From an uncultured Chloroflexia bacterium (GTDB lineage: Bacteria; Chloroflexota; Limnocylindria; Limnocylindrales; CSP1-4): a DNA stretch of 64,000 bases. The stretch spans positions 800,001-864,000 of the forward strand of contig CAVRGP010000011.1 in assembly GCA_963720755.1 (NCBI GenBank), read 5' to 3'. A program made the translations under genes and the position numbers. Positions 1 through 13,481 of this stretch are shown here, one piece after another. Under the pieces are notes generated by a model. The model worked only from the letters and a program-made list of their open reading frames with translations. It did not search any database and was not told the origin of the DNA. The stretch's first letter is position 1. Every line of letters starts with the position of its first letter.

Positions 1-1518
1 GAGCCGACGAACCATCTCGATCTCGATGCGCTCGAGTGGCTCGAGGAGCACCTTCGCCGGCGGAACGGGTCATTGCTCGTGGCATCCCACGACCGGGCAT
101 TCCTCGACGCCACGGTCGACCGGGTCTGGGAACTCCGCGACCGGCGGTTGACGGCGTTCCGCGGCGACTACAGCGCCTACCACCGCCAGCGGATCGAGCG
201 TGATGCGCGGACGGTCAAGGAAGTCGAGACCCAGGCCGAGGCGATCGCGCGCGAGAAGGAACTCGTCCAGCGCTATCGGAGCCACCGCAAGTTCAGCAAG
301 ATGCACGAGCATGAGGCCCGGCTCGAGCGACTCGAGGCGGAGCGGCGGGATGCCCCGAAGGCTGGACGCCGATTGGCCATCCCCACGGCGGCATTGCTCG
401 GCGGCGAAGGTCCGTCGCGAAGCGGTGAGATCGTGGTCAGGATCGACGGCCTCTCGGTGGGCTATCTCCCTGGGCGCGGGGCGATGGCCCCCGATGGTTC
501 CGCTGCGTCCGAGGCCAAGCTCGTCGCCCGCGCCCCGTTCCTGGCCGCGCAACGCGGCGAGCGGATCGGGATCGTCGGCCCGAACGGCGCGGGCAAGACC
601 ACCTTGTTGCGGACGATCGCCGGTGACCTGCCGCCGCTCGACGGCGGTGTCGGGTTCGGGAACGCGGTCCAGATCGGCTATCTCGCCCAGCTCCGGAGCG
701 CGGGGATCGCCGGGGCGACCGTTCTCGACGCCCTCCTGGAGGCGGCCCCGGTCACCGGGGGCGAGGCTCGAGCGTACCTGGCCCGCTTCCTGTTCCGGGG
801 CGACGACGCCTTCAAGGAGGTCCGGATGCTGTCGGGCGGGGAACGGTCCCGCCTGGAGCTCGCGCTGCTTGGCATCCAGGCCTCGAACCTCCTCCTGCTC
901 GACGAACCGACGAACCACCTCGACATCCCGGCCCGGGAGGCGATCGAGGCGTTCATGATCGAGTCGCCGGCGACTCTGTTGGTCGTTTCCCACGACCGGC
1001 GCCTGCTGCAGACGGTGTGCGAGAAGCTGTGGGTGGTCGACCGTGGCTCGGCGGTCGCGTTCGACGGCGGATATCAGGCTTGGCGGGCGGCCGTGGCCGC
1101 AGGATGGACGATCGAATCGGCCCTTGCGCAGGAGGCGGCGCGACTGCACGGGGGCCGGTCCGGCGGTCGTTCGGCCGGCGCTCCCTCCGGCGCTGCGCCT
1201 CATGGTCGCGACGGCCGCACGCCCGCCGGGCCGGCGGGTCTTGGCGGGGCAGCGGCTTCGCCGGCTGCTACCAGGAAGAAGGGTGGGAAGAAGGACAAGC
1301 TGTCGAAGGAGGCGTACAAGCGACAGCGGGCTGCTGCCGAAGGGGAGTTGACTCGGCTGGGGTTGCGCCGGAGTCACCTCGAGTTGGCGATGGCAGATCC
1401 GGCGGTCCAGGCGAACTTCGTGGAGCTACGTCGGGTCACCAGCGAGCTGGCGGATATCGACGTGGCCCTGAGCGTCGCCGAGGATGCCTGGCTCGACGTC
1501 GAGGAGCGAGCGCCATGA
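1..1518 (+). CDS. ABC-F family ATP-binding protein (5' end outside window)
   Basis: Frame is open from base 1 (EPTNHLD..LEWLE, end of first ABC domain). Second domain has GPNGAGKTT, LSGGE, LLLLDEPTNHLD and VSHDR, then a C-terminal coiled coil. No TM segments. Confidence 0.9.
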   Translation, partial: EPTNHLDLDALEWLEEHLRRRNGSLLVASHDRAFLDATVDRVWELRDRRLTAFRGDYSAYHRQRIERDARTVKEVETQAEAIAREKELVQRYRSHRKFSKMHEHEARLERLEAERRDAPKAGRRLAIPTAALLGGEGPSRSGEIVVRIDGLSVGYLPGRGAMAPDGSAASEAKLVARAPFLAAQRGERIGIVGPNGAGKTTLLRTIAGDLPPLDGGVGFGNAVQIGYLAQLRSAGIAGATVLDALLEAAPVTGGEARAYLARFLFRGDDAFKEVRMLSGGERSRLELALLGIQASNLLLLDEPTNHLDIPAREAIEAFMIESPATLLVVSHDRRLLQTVCEKLWVVDRGSAVAFDGGYQAWRAAVAAGWTIESALAQEAARLHGGRSGGRSAGAPSGAAPHGRDGRTPAGPAGLGGAAASPAATRKKGGKKDKLSKEAYKRQRAAAEGELTRLGLRRSHLELAMADPAVQANFVELRRVTSELADIDVALSVAEDAWLDVEERAP

Positions 1519-2126
1519 CCGTGCGGATCGGGCTGACCGGGCCGATCGGCTGCGGCAAGTCGACGGTCGCGGGTTGGCTGGGCGAGCGGACCGGCGTCGT
1601 GGTCATCGACGCGGACGATGTGGCGCACGAGGTCGTGGAGCCCGGTGAACCGGCGCTGGAGGCCGTGCTGGGTCGGTTCGGCCAGGACCTGCGTCGGGCT
1701 GACGGGACGCTGGACCGCCTCGCGCTGGGCAGGATCGTGTTCGCGGACCCGGCGGCCCTCCGCGACCTCGAGGCGATCATCCACCCAGCGGTCCGGCCGC
1801 GGATCCTGGACCGCATCGCCGCCGCCGAGGCCGATGACGCCCCCGCCGTCGTGATCGAGGCGATCAAGTTGGTGGAGGGTGGCCTGGCCGAAGCCTGCGA
1901 TGAAGTCTGGCTGGTGACGTGCGACCCGGCAGTCCAGCAGGACCGGCTCGTCGGACGCGGAACGATCGCCGCGGACGCGGCCGACCGGATCGCGACCCAG
2001 GGCGATCTCGCCGACCGGCTGGCGTCGCGGGCGAGCCACGTGATCGATACCTCCGGGGAGCCAGTTTCGACCCGGGTGCTCGTCGACGAGGCGTTCGAGC
2101 GCGTCGTCGGGAACGCACGGCCCTGA
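1515..2126 (+). CDS. coaE: dephospho-CoA kinase
   Basis: MTVRIGLTGPIGCGKSTV, IDADDVAHEV, LEAIIHPAV. ATG 1515 overlaps the upstream stop (ATGA). Confidence 0.93.
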   Translation: MTVRIGLTGPIGCGKSTVAGWLGERTGVVVIDADDVAHEVVEPGEPALEAVLGRFGQDLRRADGTLDRLALGRIVFADPAALRDLEAIIHPAVRPRILDRIAAAEADDAPAVVIEAIKLVEGGLAEACDEVWLVTCDPAVQQDRLVGRGTIAADAADRIATQGDLADRLASRASHVIDTSGEPVSTRVLVDEAFERVVGNARP

Positions 2127-2170
2127 CCGCGAAGCCGGGGATCGACCCACCGCGACGGATCTGCCTGCCA

Positions 2171-2182
2171 GAACACCTGTTC
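2171..2182. promoter_or_regulatory. LexA (Gram-positive/Chloroflexota-type) SOS box upstream of uvrB
   Basis: GAACacctGTTC inside AGAACACCTGTTCT, 18 nt upstream of the -10 TAGACT (2201-2206). Confidence 0.8.
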
Positions 2183-2215
2183 TGTTCGTGCGTGGACTGG
2201 TAGACTTGGCGGCAC

Positions 2216-4572
<2,357 letters not shown>

Positions 4573-4576
<4 letters not shown>

Positions 4577-5769
4577 TAGAGGCCCAGGCGCACACGCTGG
4601 CGACGGACGGCCGCCAGGCGATCCCCATCGGTGAGGCCCTCGAGGTCGTGGAGCATCCGATTGAGCGCTCGGACGATCTGGCCGGAGTCCGCACCGTACG
4701 AGGCGATCTCCGCACAGGCGAGCTCGAGGTAGTCGGTCCAGCCGGGGCTCGGGAGCACCAGCCGCAAGGCACCGCTCTCGTCGAAGTGCCGACCATCGCC
4801 GATCGATCTGCCCGCCAGCCGTCGGAGCAGATCGTGGAGCTGCTCGATGACCGACGCGGCCGTCGTCGGATCATTGATGCCGGGCGACAGCGCTCGCACC
4901 GCGACATCGACGAGCTGCCGGAACCCGAAGGCCGGGTCCTGTCCCATCGCCCGCTCCCGACCGATCGACATCGCAGCGAGGACCTCGTCGGTCGGTGCGC
5001 GTCCATGGCCGTGGACGCGTACCAGTGGTGCGTTGCCGGGGGTCGATCCTCCGATGCCGGTCAGGAACTCGAGGGTCGTCCCGGACGCGCCCGCGAGTCG
5101 GACGAGCCGGTCGATATCGACGCCCTGGAGTACACCCGGATCGTCCGGCGCGTCGATCGTCGAGGTCGCGACCGACATCGTCGCGGCCACTCGCGGCGGC
5201 ATGGCCGTTCCATCCGGATAGCACCGATCGATGGCCGCTCGCGTCTCCGCCGCGACGCTTCCGATGATCGTCGACACGCGCATGGCATGAGCCATGTGAT
5301 CGATGTAGTAAACGAACGCCGCGACCGATGTCAGGAGCAGGACGAACGCCCCCGAGACCGCGAGCGATGGCACGAACGCGTCCCCGTCGACCGACCGGAC
5401 GTCCCGCAACACGAGCAGCGCGTAGACGAATGTCGCGACGAAGATGCCAAGCACGAGTTGGTTCTTCCGGTCGCGGAGGAACGTGCGTGTGACCCGGGGC
5501 GAGAACTGGCTCGAGGCGAGTTGAAGGACGAGCATCGTCACCGTGAACACCAGTCCGGTGAAGGACAGCATCGCGGCCGCGATCGTCGACAGGATGAGCC
5601 GCGCGCTGTCTGGCCCACCGCCGAAGAAGAATAGATCGGCCCGTGTCGTGCCGACGGCCTGGTCGATCCGGACCAGGACCCAGGCCAGGATCGCTGCGAC
5701 CACGGTCGCGATAGCCGGGATCAGCCACAACCGCTCGCGAAGTGTCTCGAACAGGATCGATACCCGCAT
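4573..5769 (-). CDS. DUF2254-family membrane protein
   Basis: [39 protein letters not shown], four N-terminal TM helices. Confidence 0.85.
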
Positions 5770-5841
5770 CCTCGAAGTCTCCTCCTCGTGCGCCCGCCCA
5801 CTCTAGGTGAATGGGTCAGACGCCGGGATGACCCGTCGACA

Positions 5842-5853
5842 GAACGGGTGTTC
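5842..5853. promoter_or_regulatory. LexA SOS box upstream of uvrA
   Basis: GAACgggtGTTC, 18 nt upstream of the -10 TACACT (5872-5877), the same spacing as at uvrB. Confidence 0.8.
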
Positions 5854-5883
5854 GGTTTGTCCAGAGTCCGTTACACTTCGTCT

Positions 5884-8800
5884 GTGCCCCAGGATCAGCT
5901 CATCGTGCGCGGTGCGCGCGAACACAACCTCAAGAACGTGGATGTCGCGTTCCCGCGCGACCGGCTCGTGGTCATCACCGGCCTGTCCGGGAGCGGCAAG
6001 TCGAGCCTCGCGTTCGACACCATCTACGCGGAGGGGCAGCGGCGCTACGTCGAGAGCCTGAGCGCCTATGCGCGCCAGTTCCTCGGTCAGATGGAGAAGC
6101 CGGACGTCGACCAGATCGATGGGCTGTCACCGGCCATCTCGATCGACCAGAAAGGTGCTTCGCGAAACCCGCGGTCGACGGTCGGGACGGTCACCGAGAT
6201 CTACGACCACCTACGGCTCCTGTTCGCCCGCATCGGCGTCCCGCATTGCCCGAACGGCCATGCCATCGAGCGGCAGAGCGTCCAGCAGATCGTCGACCAG
6301 GTCCTGGCCCTGCCGGAGGGGACCCGCCTGTTGGTGCTAGGCCCCCTCATCAAGGACCGCAAGACCGAAGGTGATCGCGTCTTCGATGCCGCCCGTCGGC
6401 AGGGCTTCGTTCGGATCCGAGTGGACGGCGAGATGGTCGACATCGCGGACGCCCCCAAACTCGACAAGTACAAGCGCCATTCGATCGATGTCGTGGTCGA
6501 TCGCTACATCGTCAGGCACGCCGAGGCCCCGGATGGCGCCGCTCGGGCGGCCGACGGCCGCCCGATCGACCCGGAGACCGGGGAAACCATCCCGGATCCG
6601 GATGCCGGGCGACTGGCCGACTCGATCGAAACGGCGTTGCGACTCGGTGAAGGAGTCGTCCTGATCGCCCCGGCTCCCCGCGACGGTGAGCCGCCGGACT
6701 TCGAAGAGCGGCGGTACAGCGAACGCTACAGCTGCCCGTACGACGGCTACACGGCGGACGAGCTCGAGCCGCGAAGCTTCTCGTTCAACTCGCCCCACGG
6801 GGCCTGCCCCGGCTGCGCCGGACTCGGCACGAAGCTGGAGATCGACGCGGATCTGGTCATCCCGGACCGGACGAAGAGTCTCGCCGCCGGGGCACTCGTG
6901 CCGTGGGCCCGGATGCCGACCGACGCGTCGTGGCGGCTCAAGATCCTCGAAGCGATCTGCGCGGCGCACGGTTGGGACTACACCGCCCCGATCCAGGACC
7001 TCCCCGCGGAGGCGCTCGAGTACGTCCTCCGGGCGAAGAAGGACGAGAAGGTCATCGTCCGGTACCGGACGGAGCGGGGCGAGAATACGTACAAGGCCAC
7101 GTTCGAAGGCGTCGTCACGAACCTCGAGCGTCGATACCGCGAGACGGATTCCGACTACATCAAGGCCGAACTCGAGAAGTTCATGGTCAGTCGGCCATGC
7201 CCGGTCTGCCATGGGAAGCGGCTCCGGCCGGAGATCCTCGCGGTCTTGATCGGCAAGCGCAACGTCTGGGACGTTTCGACGATGTCGATCACGGACGCGC
7301 TGCGCTGGTCATCGGATCTCGAGGCGACCCTGACCGACCGGGAACGGACGATCGCCCACCAGTTGCTCAAGGAGATCGGCGCACGACTCGGGTTCCTGGT
7401 CGATGTCGGACTGGACTACCTGACCCTCGACCGGACCAGCGTGACCCTGTCCGGTGGCGAGGCCCAGCGCATCCGACTGGCGACCCAGATCGGGACGACC
7501 CTGATGGGCGTCCTGTACATCCTCGACGAGCCGTCGATCGGTCTCCACCAGCGCGACAACGCGAAGTTGATCGCGACCCTCACCCGGCTCCGCGACCTCG
7601 GCAACACGGTCCTCGTCGTCGAGCACGACGAAGAGACGATCCGGACCGCCGACTGGGTCGTCGACATCGGGCCCGGGGCAGGGGAGCATGGAGGAGAGAT
7701 CGTCGCCAACGGGCCGCTCGAGGCCGTCCTGGCCGAGCCGCGGTCGATCACCGGCGCGTTCCTGCGGGGCGAACGGGCCGTGCCCATCCCGGAGACCCGG
7801 CGGACGGGCAGCGGCAAGACATTGACCGTGCGGGGGGCCCGCGAGCACAACCTGCGAGACCTCGATCTGCGCGTTCCACTGGCGACATTCGTGGCCGTCA
7901 CCGGGGTATCGGGCAGCGGCAAGAGCACGCTGGTGACGGAGGTCCTGTATCGCGCGCTTGCCAGGGAACTCAACGGTTCACGCGAACCGGTCGGGGCCTA
8001 CGACGCGCTCGAAGGTGCTGAGCACATCGACAAGATCATCGAGATCGACCAGAGCCCGATCGGTCGCACACCACGGTCGAACCCGGCCACCTATGTCGGG
8101 TTGTTCACGACGATCCGGGAACTGTTCGCCGGCGTTCCGGAGTCGCGCCTGCGTGGCTACACGCCCGGTCGGTTCAGCTTCAACGTCAAAGGTGGCCGCT
8201 GCGAGCACTGCAAGGGCGACGGCATCCTCAAGATCGAGATGCAGTTCCTGCCCGATGTCTACGTCCCGTGCGAGGTCTGCCTCGGCAAGCGCTACAACCG
8301 CGAAGCCCTCGAGGTCCACTACAAGGGCAAGTCGATCGCGGACGTCCTCGAGATGACCATCGCCGAGGCGCTCGACTTCTTCAACGCCGTGCCCAAGGTC
8401 CGGGCAAAGCTCCAGACGCTCAATGATGTCGGGCTGGGATACGTCCATCTTGGGCAACCGGCCACGACCCTGTCGGGTGGAGAGGCGCAGCGCGTCAAGC
8501 TGTCGACCGAGCTGTCCCGACGGGCGACCGGCCGCACCTTGTATGTCCTTGACGAACCGACGACGGGCCTCCACTTCGCCGATGTCGAGAAGCTGCTCCA
8601 GGTCCTCCATCGCCTGGTCGACAGCGGCAATACGGTCCTGGTCATCGAGCACAACCTGGACGTCATCAAGACGGCAGACTGGATCGTCGATCTTGGACCG
8701 GAGGGAGGCGACCGGGGTGGTCGGATCGTCGCCGAGGGGACCCCGGAGGCGATCGCGTCGGCCAGGGGATCGGCGACCGGGGAATATCTCGCCCGCGTCC

Positions 8801-8946
8801 TTCGCGGTGAACCGCTGGTCCCGTTGTCCGACGTGACGTTCGCTGACGAGGCCGGCCGGGGAGGGACGGACAACGGTCGCGCGACCGGCAAGGTGATCCG
8901 GCTGGCGCCATCGAGGAAGCGGGCGGCGGCCGCGCGGGCGCGTTGA
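5884..8946 (+). CDS. uvrA: excinuclease ABC subunit A
   Basis: GAREHNLKN, two Walker A motifs ([16 protein letters not shown]), LSGGEAQR twice, Zn fingers. Start placed at GTG 5884, 6 nt after a TACACT -10. Confidence 0.97.
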   Translation: MPQDQLIVRGAREHNLKNVDVAFPRDRLVVITGLSGSGKSSLAFDTIYAEGQRRYVESLSAYARQFLGQMEKPDVDQIDGLSPAISIDQKGASRNPRSTVGTVTEIYDHLRLLFARIGVPHCPNGHAIERQSVQQIVDQVLALPEGTRLLVLGPLIKDRKTEGDRVFDAARRQGFVRIRVDGEMVDIADAPKLDKYKRHSIDVVVDRYIVRHAEAPDGAARAADGRPIDPETGETIPDPDAGRLADSIETALRLGEGVVLIAPAPRDGEPPDFEERRYSERYSCPYDGYTADELEPRSFSFNSPHGACPGCAGLGTKLEIDADLVIPDRTKSLAAGALVPWARMPTDASWRLKILEAICAAHGWDYTAPIQDLPAEALEYVLRAKKDEKVIVRYRTERGENTYKATFEGVVTNLERRYRETDSDYIKAELEKFMVSRPCPVCHGKRLRPEILAVLIGKRNVWDVSTMSITDALRWSSDLEATLTDRERTIAHQLLKEIGARLGFLVDVGLDYLTLDRTSVTLSGGEAQRIRLATQIGTTLMGVLYILDEPSIGLHQRDNAKLIATLTRLRDLGNTVLVVEHDEETIRTADWVVDIGPGAGEHGGEIVANGPLEAVLAEPRSITGAFLRGERAVPIPETRRTGSGKTLTVRGAREHNLRDLDLRVPLATFVAVTGVSGSGKSTLVTEVLYRALARELNGSREPVGAYDALEGAEHIDKIIEIDQSPIGRTPRSNPATYVGLFTTIRELFAGVPESRLRGYTPGRFSFNVKGGRCEHCKGDGILKIEMQFLPDVYVPCEVCLGKRYNREALEVHYKGKSIADVLEMTIAEALDFFNAVPKVRAKLQTLNDVGLGYVHLGQPATTLSGGEAQRVKLSTELSRRATGRTLYVLDEPTTGLHFADVEKLLQVLHRLVDSGNTVLVIEHNLDVIKTADWIVDLGPEGGDRGGRIVAEGTPEAIASARGSATGEYLARVLRGEPLVPLSDVTFADEAGRGGTDNGRATGKVIRLAPSRKRAAAARAR

Positions 8947-8991
8947 CCGCATCCTGGCGCACCGGGACCGATCGGCGGCTAGCATAGGCAG

Positions 8992-9444
8992 ATGCCCGAT
9001 ATCGACTTCGCCTTCCTCGCCGATGCCGCCGAGACGGTCCCAGGCCAGAAGTTCCACGTCCTCGGCGGTGGGGTCGCCCGGATCGGGGGCCGACGGTTCC
9101 CGCTTCGGCACCCGCACCTCGCGCTGGTCATCGGGCTGCAGGTGACATCCCCGGAGACCGATCGCGAGCACGAGATCCGGTTCGTGCTGCTGGATCCGGA
9201 CGGCGGCGAGGTCGCCGGGGCGACGGGGAGCCTGAAGGCGCGCAGCCAGCACGATGCCCGCGATGCTGTCCTGACCTTCTCGATCGACCTCTGGAACCTG
9301 ACCTTCCCGGCGCCCGGCGACTATTCGTTCCGGATCCTGGTGAACGGGTCCGAGCGCAAGCGGCTGCCCCTGCTGCTCGTGGCGCCGCCGGACAAGGCCG
9401 ACGGCGGCGTCGGCATCCTTGGAACCAAGCCGGCGGATGACTGA
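8992..9444 (+). CDS. conserved hypothetical protein (DUF6941-like beta-sandwich)
   Basis: DFAFLADAA..KFHVLGGG and FPAPGDYSFRILVNG pattern, typical codon usage, -10 TAGCAT 6 nt upstream. Confidence 0.6.
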   Translation: MPDIDFAFLADAAETVPGQKFHVLGGGVARIGGRRFPLRHPHLALVIGLQVTSPETDREHEIRFVLLDPDGGEVAGATGSLKARSQHDARDAVLTFSIDLWNLTFPAPGDYSFRILVNGSERKRLPLLLVAPPDKADGGVGILGTKPADD

Positions 9445-9450
9445 GCACGG

Positions 9451-9807
9451 ATGACCGACGGACGATCCGTCGGGGCGCCGCGCCGGGCACCGCGTCACGA
9501 ATACCCCGCCATCGACGATCTCGGTCTTGCAGCCGCGCGGCTGGCCGATCGGCTCCTGGGCGCCGCCCGCGAGATCGGGTCCGATCGCTGGATCGCGTAC
9601 CTCGAGCCCTTGCCGGACCACCTGCGCGATGACGAGCCGATCGCCCTGCGCACGACGGCGATCCGCTGCCGAGCGGCGTACGGGGTCAAGGACTCGATCC
9701 GCGATGTCCTGCCGGCCGAGTTGACCGAGCCATTCCTCGACGCGGTCGACCGGCTCCTCAGGGAGCTGAACCGGGCGCGGGCCGCAGACCGAGCTCTGCA
9801 GGACTGA
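9451..9807 (+). CDS. hypothetical helical protein
   Basis: Follows the previous gene by 6 nt, with GC3-rich codons. Confidence 0.6.
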   Translation: MTDGRSVGAPRRAPRHEYPAIDDLGLAAARLADRLLGAAREIGSDRWIAYLEPLPDHLRDDEPIALRTTAIRCRAAYGVKDSIRDVLPAELTEPFLDAVDRLLRELNRARAADRALQD

Positions 9808-11389
9808 ACGCCTCGAGCAGGAACGGCGATGGGACCGCCGGATCGTACAGGAGGACCAACGACCGACGGGCGCGGGTCCAGGCGACGTAGCCGAGCCGTC
9901 GTTCCTCTTCCAGGGCGCGGATGGGATCCTCGGCCTGGCTGACGGCTCGGGCACTCGGGAAGCGGCCAGCCTCCATACCGACGACCAGGACGTGGTCGAA
10001 TTCGAGCCCCTTGGTGGCGTGGGCGGTGGCCAGGGTCAACGGTGCGTCATCGCGACGGAGATCGGCCAGGCGGGCTCGGGTGTCCTCGATGGCGTCGACG
10101 AGGCTTTCGAGATCCGGATGGCCGATCGCCCAGCCGAGGAGCGCGGTCGTCAGCTCTCGTCGCGCGCCATCGGTTCCGGCGGCGTCGCGCACGGCCCCAA
10201 CCACGGCAAGCGTCGGGAGCCCCGGCGCCGACGTCGCCACGGACCGAGCCTGCCCCAGCACCTCGTCGAGCAAGGGCGACTCGACGAGCAATTCGATCCG
10301 GGGCGCCCGGAATGGAAGACCGAGCAGCAGCGCGACCACGACGGCGGGAAGCAGTTCACGGTTGGTCCGAGCCAGGATCGCGCGGGTGGAGTCGTCATCC
10401 GGCCACGACCGCACCACTCGCTCGACGCGGACCGTTTCGTCCGCCGGGTCGGGCGCGAGGATCAGGTGCCCGGCCGATGACGGGCCGGCCCGGATCGTCT
10501 TCGCGAAACGCTCGTCGTTGTGTTCGACCAGGCGGACGGCACGTTCGACCACGGGGCGTGGGCAGCGGTAATTGACTTCGAGATCGACCCGCTTGAGTCC
10601 GGGCAGCAACGCTTCCAGGCGGAGGATCCGGCGCACGTCGGCCAGACGCCAACCGTAGATCGACTGGTCGTCGTCGCCGACCAGGAAGATCCGGTTCGCC
10701 GGGGCCGCCAACAGCAGCGCCAGCCGGAGTTGGGCCCGATCGACGTCCTGGACCTCATCGACGAGGAGTTCGGTGCAGTGCGTGCGCCAGCGGCGAAGGA
10801 GGGCGTCGTCGCGTTCGAGACGGTCGATCGCCCGGAGGATCAGGTCGTCGAAGTCGAGGCCGCCGGATGCCGCGATCGCCGCCTCATAGTCGACGAAGGC
10901 CCGGGCCATCGGGCCGGCGTCGGGGTCGGCGGCGACGTCGGCTGCGGTCACGCCGAGCTCGACCTTGAGACGCGACACGACGGTGTCGAGGCGGAGGAGG
11001 GCGGGTTCATCGGCCCACGGGGCGACCTCGGCCAGGATCGCCGCGCGATCGGCCAGGGGATCCACCGGCACGCCGGCATCCCGAAGGATCTCGCGCCCGA
11101 GCGCGTGGAAGGTCCGGACCCGGACGGCGCCCGGATCGACGCCGAGCGGGTCGACCGCCGCATCGAGTCGCTCGGTCATCTCGACCGCCGCCCGCTTGTT
11201 GAACGTGATCGCCCGGATCTGTTCCGGGGGCGTGCCGCCATCGATCAGCCAAGCCGCCCGGGCCACGAGGGTCGTGGTTTTGCCCGATCCGGCGGGCGCG
11301 ATACACAACGCCGGCCCGGGCGGTGACGTCGCGGCGGCCCGCTGGTCCGGCGCCAGGCGAGCGAGCCGATCGGTGACCGCAGGGTGCAT
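9758..11389 (-). CDS. compact UvrD/Rep/PcrA-family (SF1) DNA helicase
   Basis: APAGSGKTT, ITFNKRAA, VDEVQD, VGDDDQSIYGWR, NYRC, TAHATKGLEF, EEERRLGYVAWTRAR. Confidence 0.9.
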   Translation of the reverse strand: MHPAVTDRLARLAPDQRAAATSPPGPALCIAPAGSGKTTTLVARAAWLIDGGTPPEQIRAITFNKRAAVEMTERLDAAVDPLGVDPGAVRVRTFHALGREILRDAGVPVDPLADRAAILAEVAPWADEPALLRLDTVVSRLKVELGVTAADVAADPDAGPMARAFVDYEAAIAASGGLDFDDLILRAIDRLERDDALLRRWRTHCTELLVDEVQDVDRAQLRLALLLAAPANRIFLVGDDDQSIYGWRLADVRRILRLEALLPGLKRVDLEVNYRCPRPVVERAVRLVEHNDERFAKTIRAGPSSAGHLILAPDPADETVRVERVVRSWPDDDSTRAILARTNRELLPAVVVALLLGLPFRAPRIELLVESPLLDEVLGQARSVATSAPGLPTLAVVGAVRDAAGTDGARRELTTALLGWAIGHPDLESLVDAIEDTRARLADLRRDDAPLTLATAHATKGLEFDHVLVVGMEAGRFPSARAVSQAEDPIRALEEERRLGYVAWTRARRSLVLLYDPAVPSPFLLEAFSPAELGLRPAPGSAP

Positions 11390-11451
11390 CGTCGGATCGT
11401 CGCTGACAGCCCTCATCCGCGGATCACCCGTGCTTGCCGTAGCATCGAGAT

Positions 11452-13302
11452 GTGACCCCCGAACTCCAGTCAGCCCTGGCCCGACTCCCCGACAAACCCG
11501 GCGTCTACCTGATGAAGGACGTCCGCGGCGATGTCGTCTACGTCGGCAAGGCCCAGAGCCTGCGGAGCCGCGTCCGGAGCTACTGGCAGAAGCAGGCGCC
11601 CGGTGGCGAGATCCATCGCATTCGGAGCGTCATCGACAAGGTCGTCGACGTCGAGGTCACCCAGACGGATTCGGTCTCGGAGGCGTTGCTCCTCGAGGCC
11701 AACCTGATCAAGCGGTATCGACCGCGGTTCAACGTCCGCCTCAAGGACGACAAGAGCTATCCCTACATCAAGGTGACCCTGAGCGACGACTTCCCGCGGG
11801 TCGAGCGCACCCGCAAGCTCGTCAACGACGGCAGTCGCTACTTCGGTCCGTACGCATCCGCCTCGAGCGTCGACGAATCGATGAATCTCGTGCGCCGCCT
11901 GTTCCCGTTCCGGACCTGCACGATCGACATCACCGACGGCGTCCGCGCGCTGCAACGGCCGTGCCTCCTGTATCACATCAAGCGCTGCCAGGGTCCCTGC
12001 ATCACGGCCATCGGCAAGGCCGACTATCGGGCCGACATCGACCAGGTCGAACTCTTCCTCGAGGGACGCCAGGAGACCCTGGTCAGGGCTCTTCGGTCGG
12101 AAATGGCCGCTGCCGCCGAACGGACCGACTACGAGCGTGCGGCCGTCCTGCGCGACAAGATCCGGGCCATCGAGCGGACGATGGAGAGCCAGAAGATGGC
12201 CGCCTTCGCGAAGACCGAGCTCGACCTGCTCGGCATGGCCCGGCAGGATAACCAGGCGGCGATCCAGCTGTTCGTGATCCGCGATGGGCAGATGATCGGT
12301 CGCGACGTCTTCCTGCTGGACGCGGCCCGGGACGCCTCCGATGACGAGGTGCTGTCCAGTTTCCTCGAGCAGTACTACGCTCGGGCCGGGTCGATCCCGC
12401 GTGAGGTCTACGTCCCTGCCGGCATCGAGGACGGGCCAGATGTGGAGGCATTCCTCGCGGACCGGCGGGGCGGACCCGTTCACCTGCGGGTCCCCGTTCG
12501 CGGCGAGAAGCGGGAACTCCTCGCCCTCGCCACCCGGAACGCGACCGAGACGCTGGCCCGGGAACAGGCCCGCTGGCTGGCCGACCAGGGCAAGACGCTG
12601 GCCGCCCTCGAGGAATTGGCCGATGCGCTCGGACTGGCCGGCCCGCCCCTGCGCATCGAGTGCTATGACATCAGCAACTTCCAGGGGGCCGAGTCGGTCG
12701 GCAGCATGGTCGTGTTCGAAGACGGGAAGCCGCGTTCCGGTGAGTACCGCCGGTTCCGGATCAAGACCGTCACCGGCGCGAACGATTTCGCCAGCCACCA
12801 GGAGGTCCTCAGGCGGCGATTCCGCAACGCCCGGCACGGTGAGGAAGGGGTGGAGGAGGCGCGGCGCTGGGCCATGCCCGATCTCGTCATCGTCGACGGC
12901 GGCAAGGGCCAGGTCAGCGCGGCAAAGGCCGTGCTCGACGAACTCGGCCTTCACGACCTGCCGATGGCCGGCCTGGCGAAGGAACGGGAGGAGTTGTTCC
13001 TCCCTGGCGAGACGGAGCCGATCCTCCTCCCGACGACCTCGCCGGCGCTCTACCTGGTCCAGCGCCTTCGCGACGAGGCCCATCGTTTCGCGATCACCTA
13101 TCACCGCAACCTGCGGGCAAAGCGCAGCGTCCGCTCGGGCTTCGACGACCTCCCCGGGGTGGGGGCGAAGCGCAAACGGGAGTTGCTCAAGGTCTTCGGA
13201 TCGATCAAGCGGGTCCGGGATGCACCTGTCGAGCAGATCGCCGCCGTCCCGGGGATCGGGCCATCGCTGGCAGCGAAGATCAAGGCGAATCTCGAGGCCT
13301 GA
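11452..13302 (+). CDS. uvrC: excinuclease ABC subunit C
   Basis: GIY-YIG (PGVYLM..YVGKA), UVR domain, RIECYDIS, IVDGGKGQ, RLRDEAHRFA, HhH. Confidence 0.97.
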   Translation: MTPELQSALARLPDKPGVYLMKDVRGDVVYVGKAQSLRSRVRSYWQKQAPGGEIHRIRSVIDKVVDVEVTQTDSVSEALLLEANLIKRYRPRFNVRLKDDKSYPYIKVTLSDDFPRVERTRKLVNDGSRYFGPYASASSVDESMNLVRRLFPFRTCTIDITDGVRALQRPCLLYHIKRCQGPCITAIGKADYRADIDQVELFLEGRQETLVRALRSEMAAAAERTDYERAAVLRDKIRAIERTMESQKMAAFAKTELDLLGMARQDNQAAIQLFVIRDGQMIGRDVFLLDAARDASDDEVLSSFLEQYYARAGSIPREVYVPAGIEDGPDVEAFLADRRGGPVHLRVPVRGEKRELLALATRNATETLAREQARWLADQGKTLAALEELADALGLAGPPLRIECYDISNFQGAESVGSMVVFEDGKPRSGEYRRFRIKTVTGANDFASHQEVLRRRFRNARHGEEGVEEARRWAMPDLVIVDGGKGQVSAAKAVLDELGLHDLPMAGLAKEREELFLPGETEPILLPTTSPALYLVQRLRDEAHRFAITYHRNLRAKRSVRSGFDDLPGVGAKRKRELLKVFGSIKRVRDAPVEQIAAVPGIGPSLAAKIKANLEA

Positions 13303-13363
13303 GCGCACGACCCGGTGCCACCTCCCTCCCGGCTCCGTGTCGAGTTCTTCACCATTCCCTTGA

Positions 13364-13398
13364 CCCCATCGCTACCGCCGGACGGTAGGGTGATGGGG
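13364..13398 (+). terminator. GC-rich stem-loop downstream of uvrC, possible terminator
   Basis: CCCCATCGCTACCG pairs with CGGTAGGGTGATGGGG. No U-tract. Confidence 0.35.
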
Positions 13399-13481
13399 AT
13401 CGACCCGATGGGTGGTCGAATGCCCGAGGAACCTTGCCCAGATGTACCCTCACGCCCAAGACCCTGTAACATCCCGCCTCG

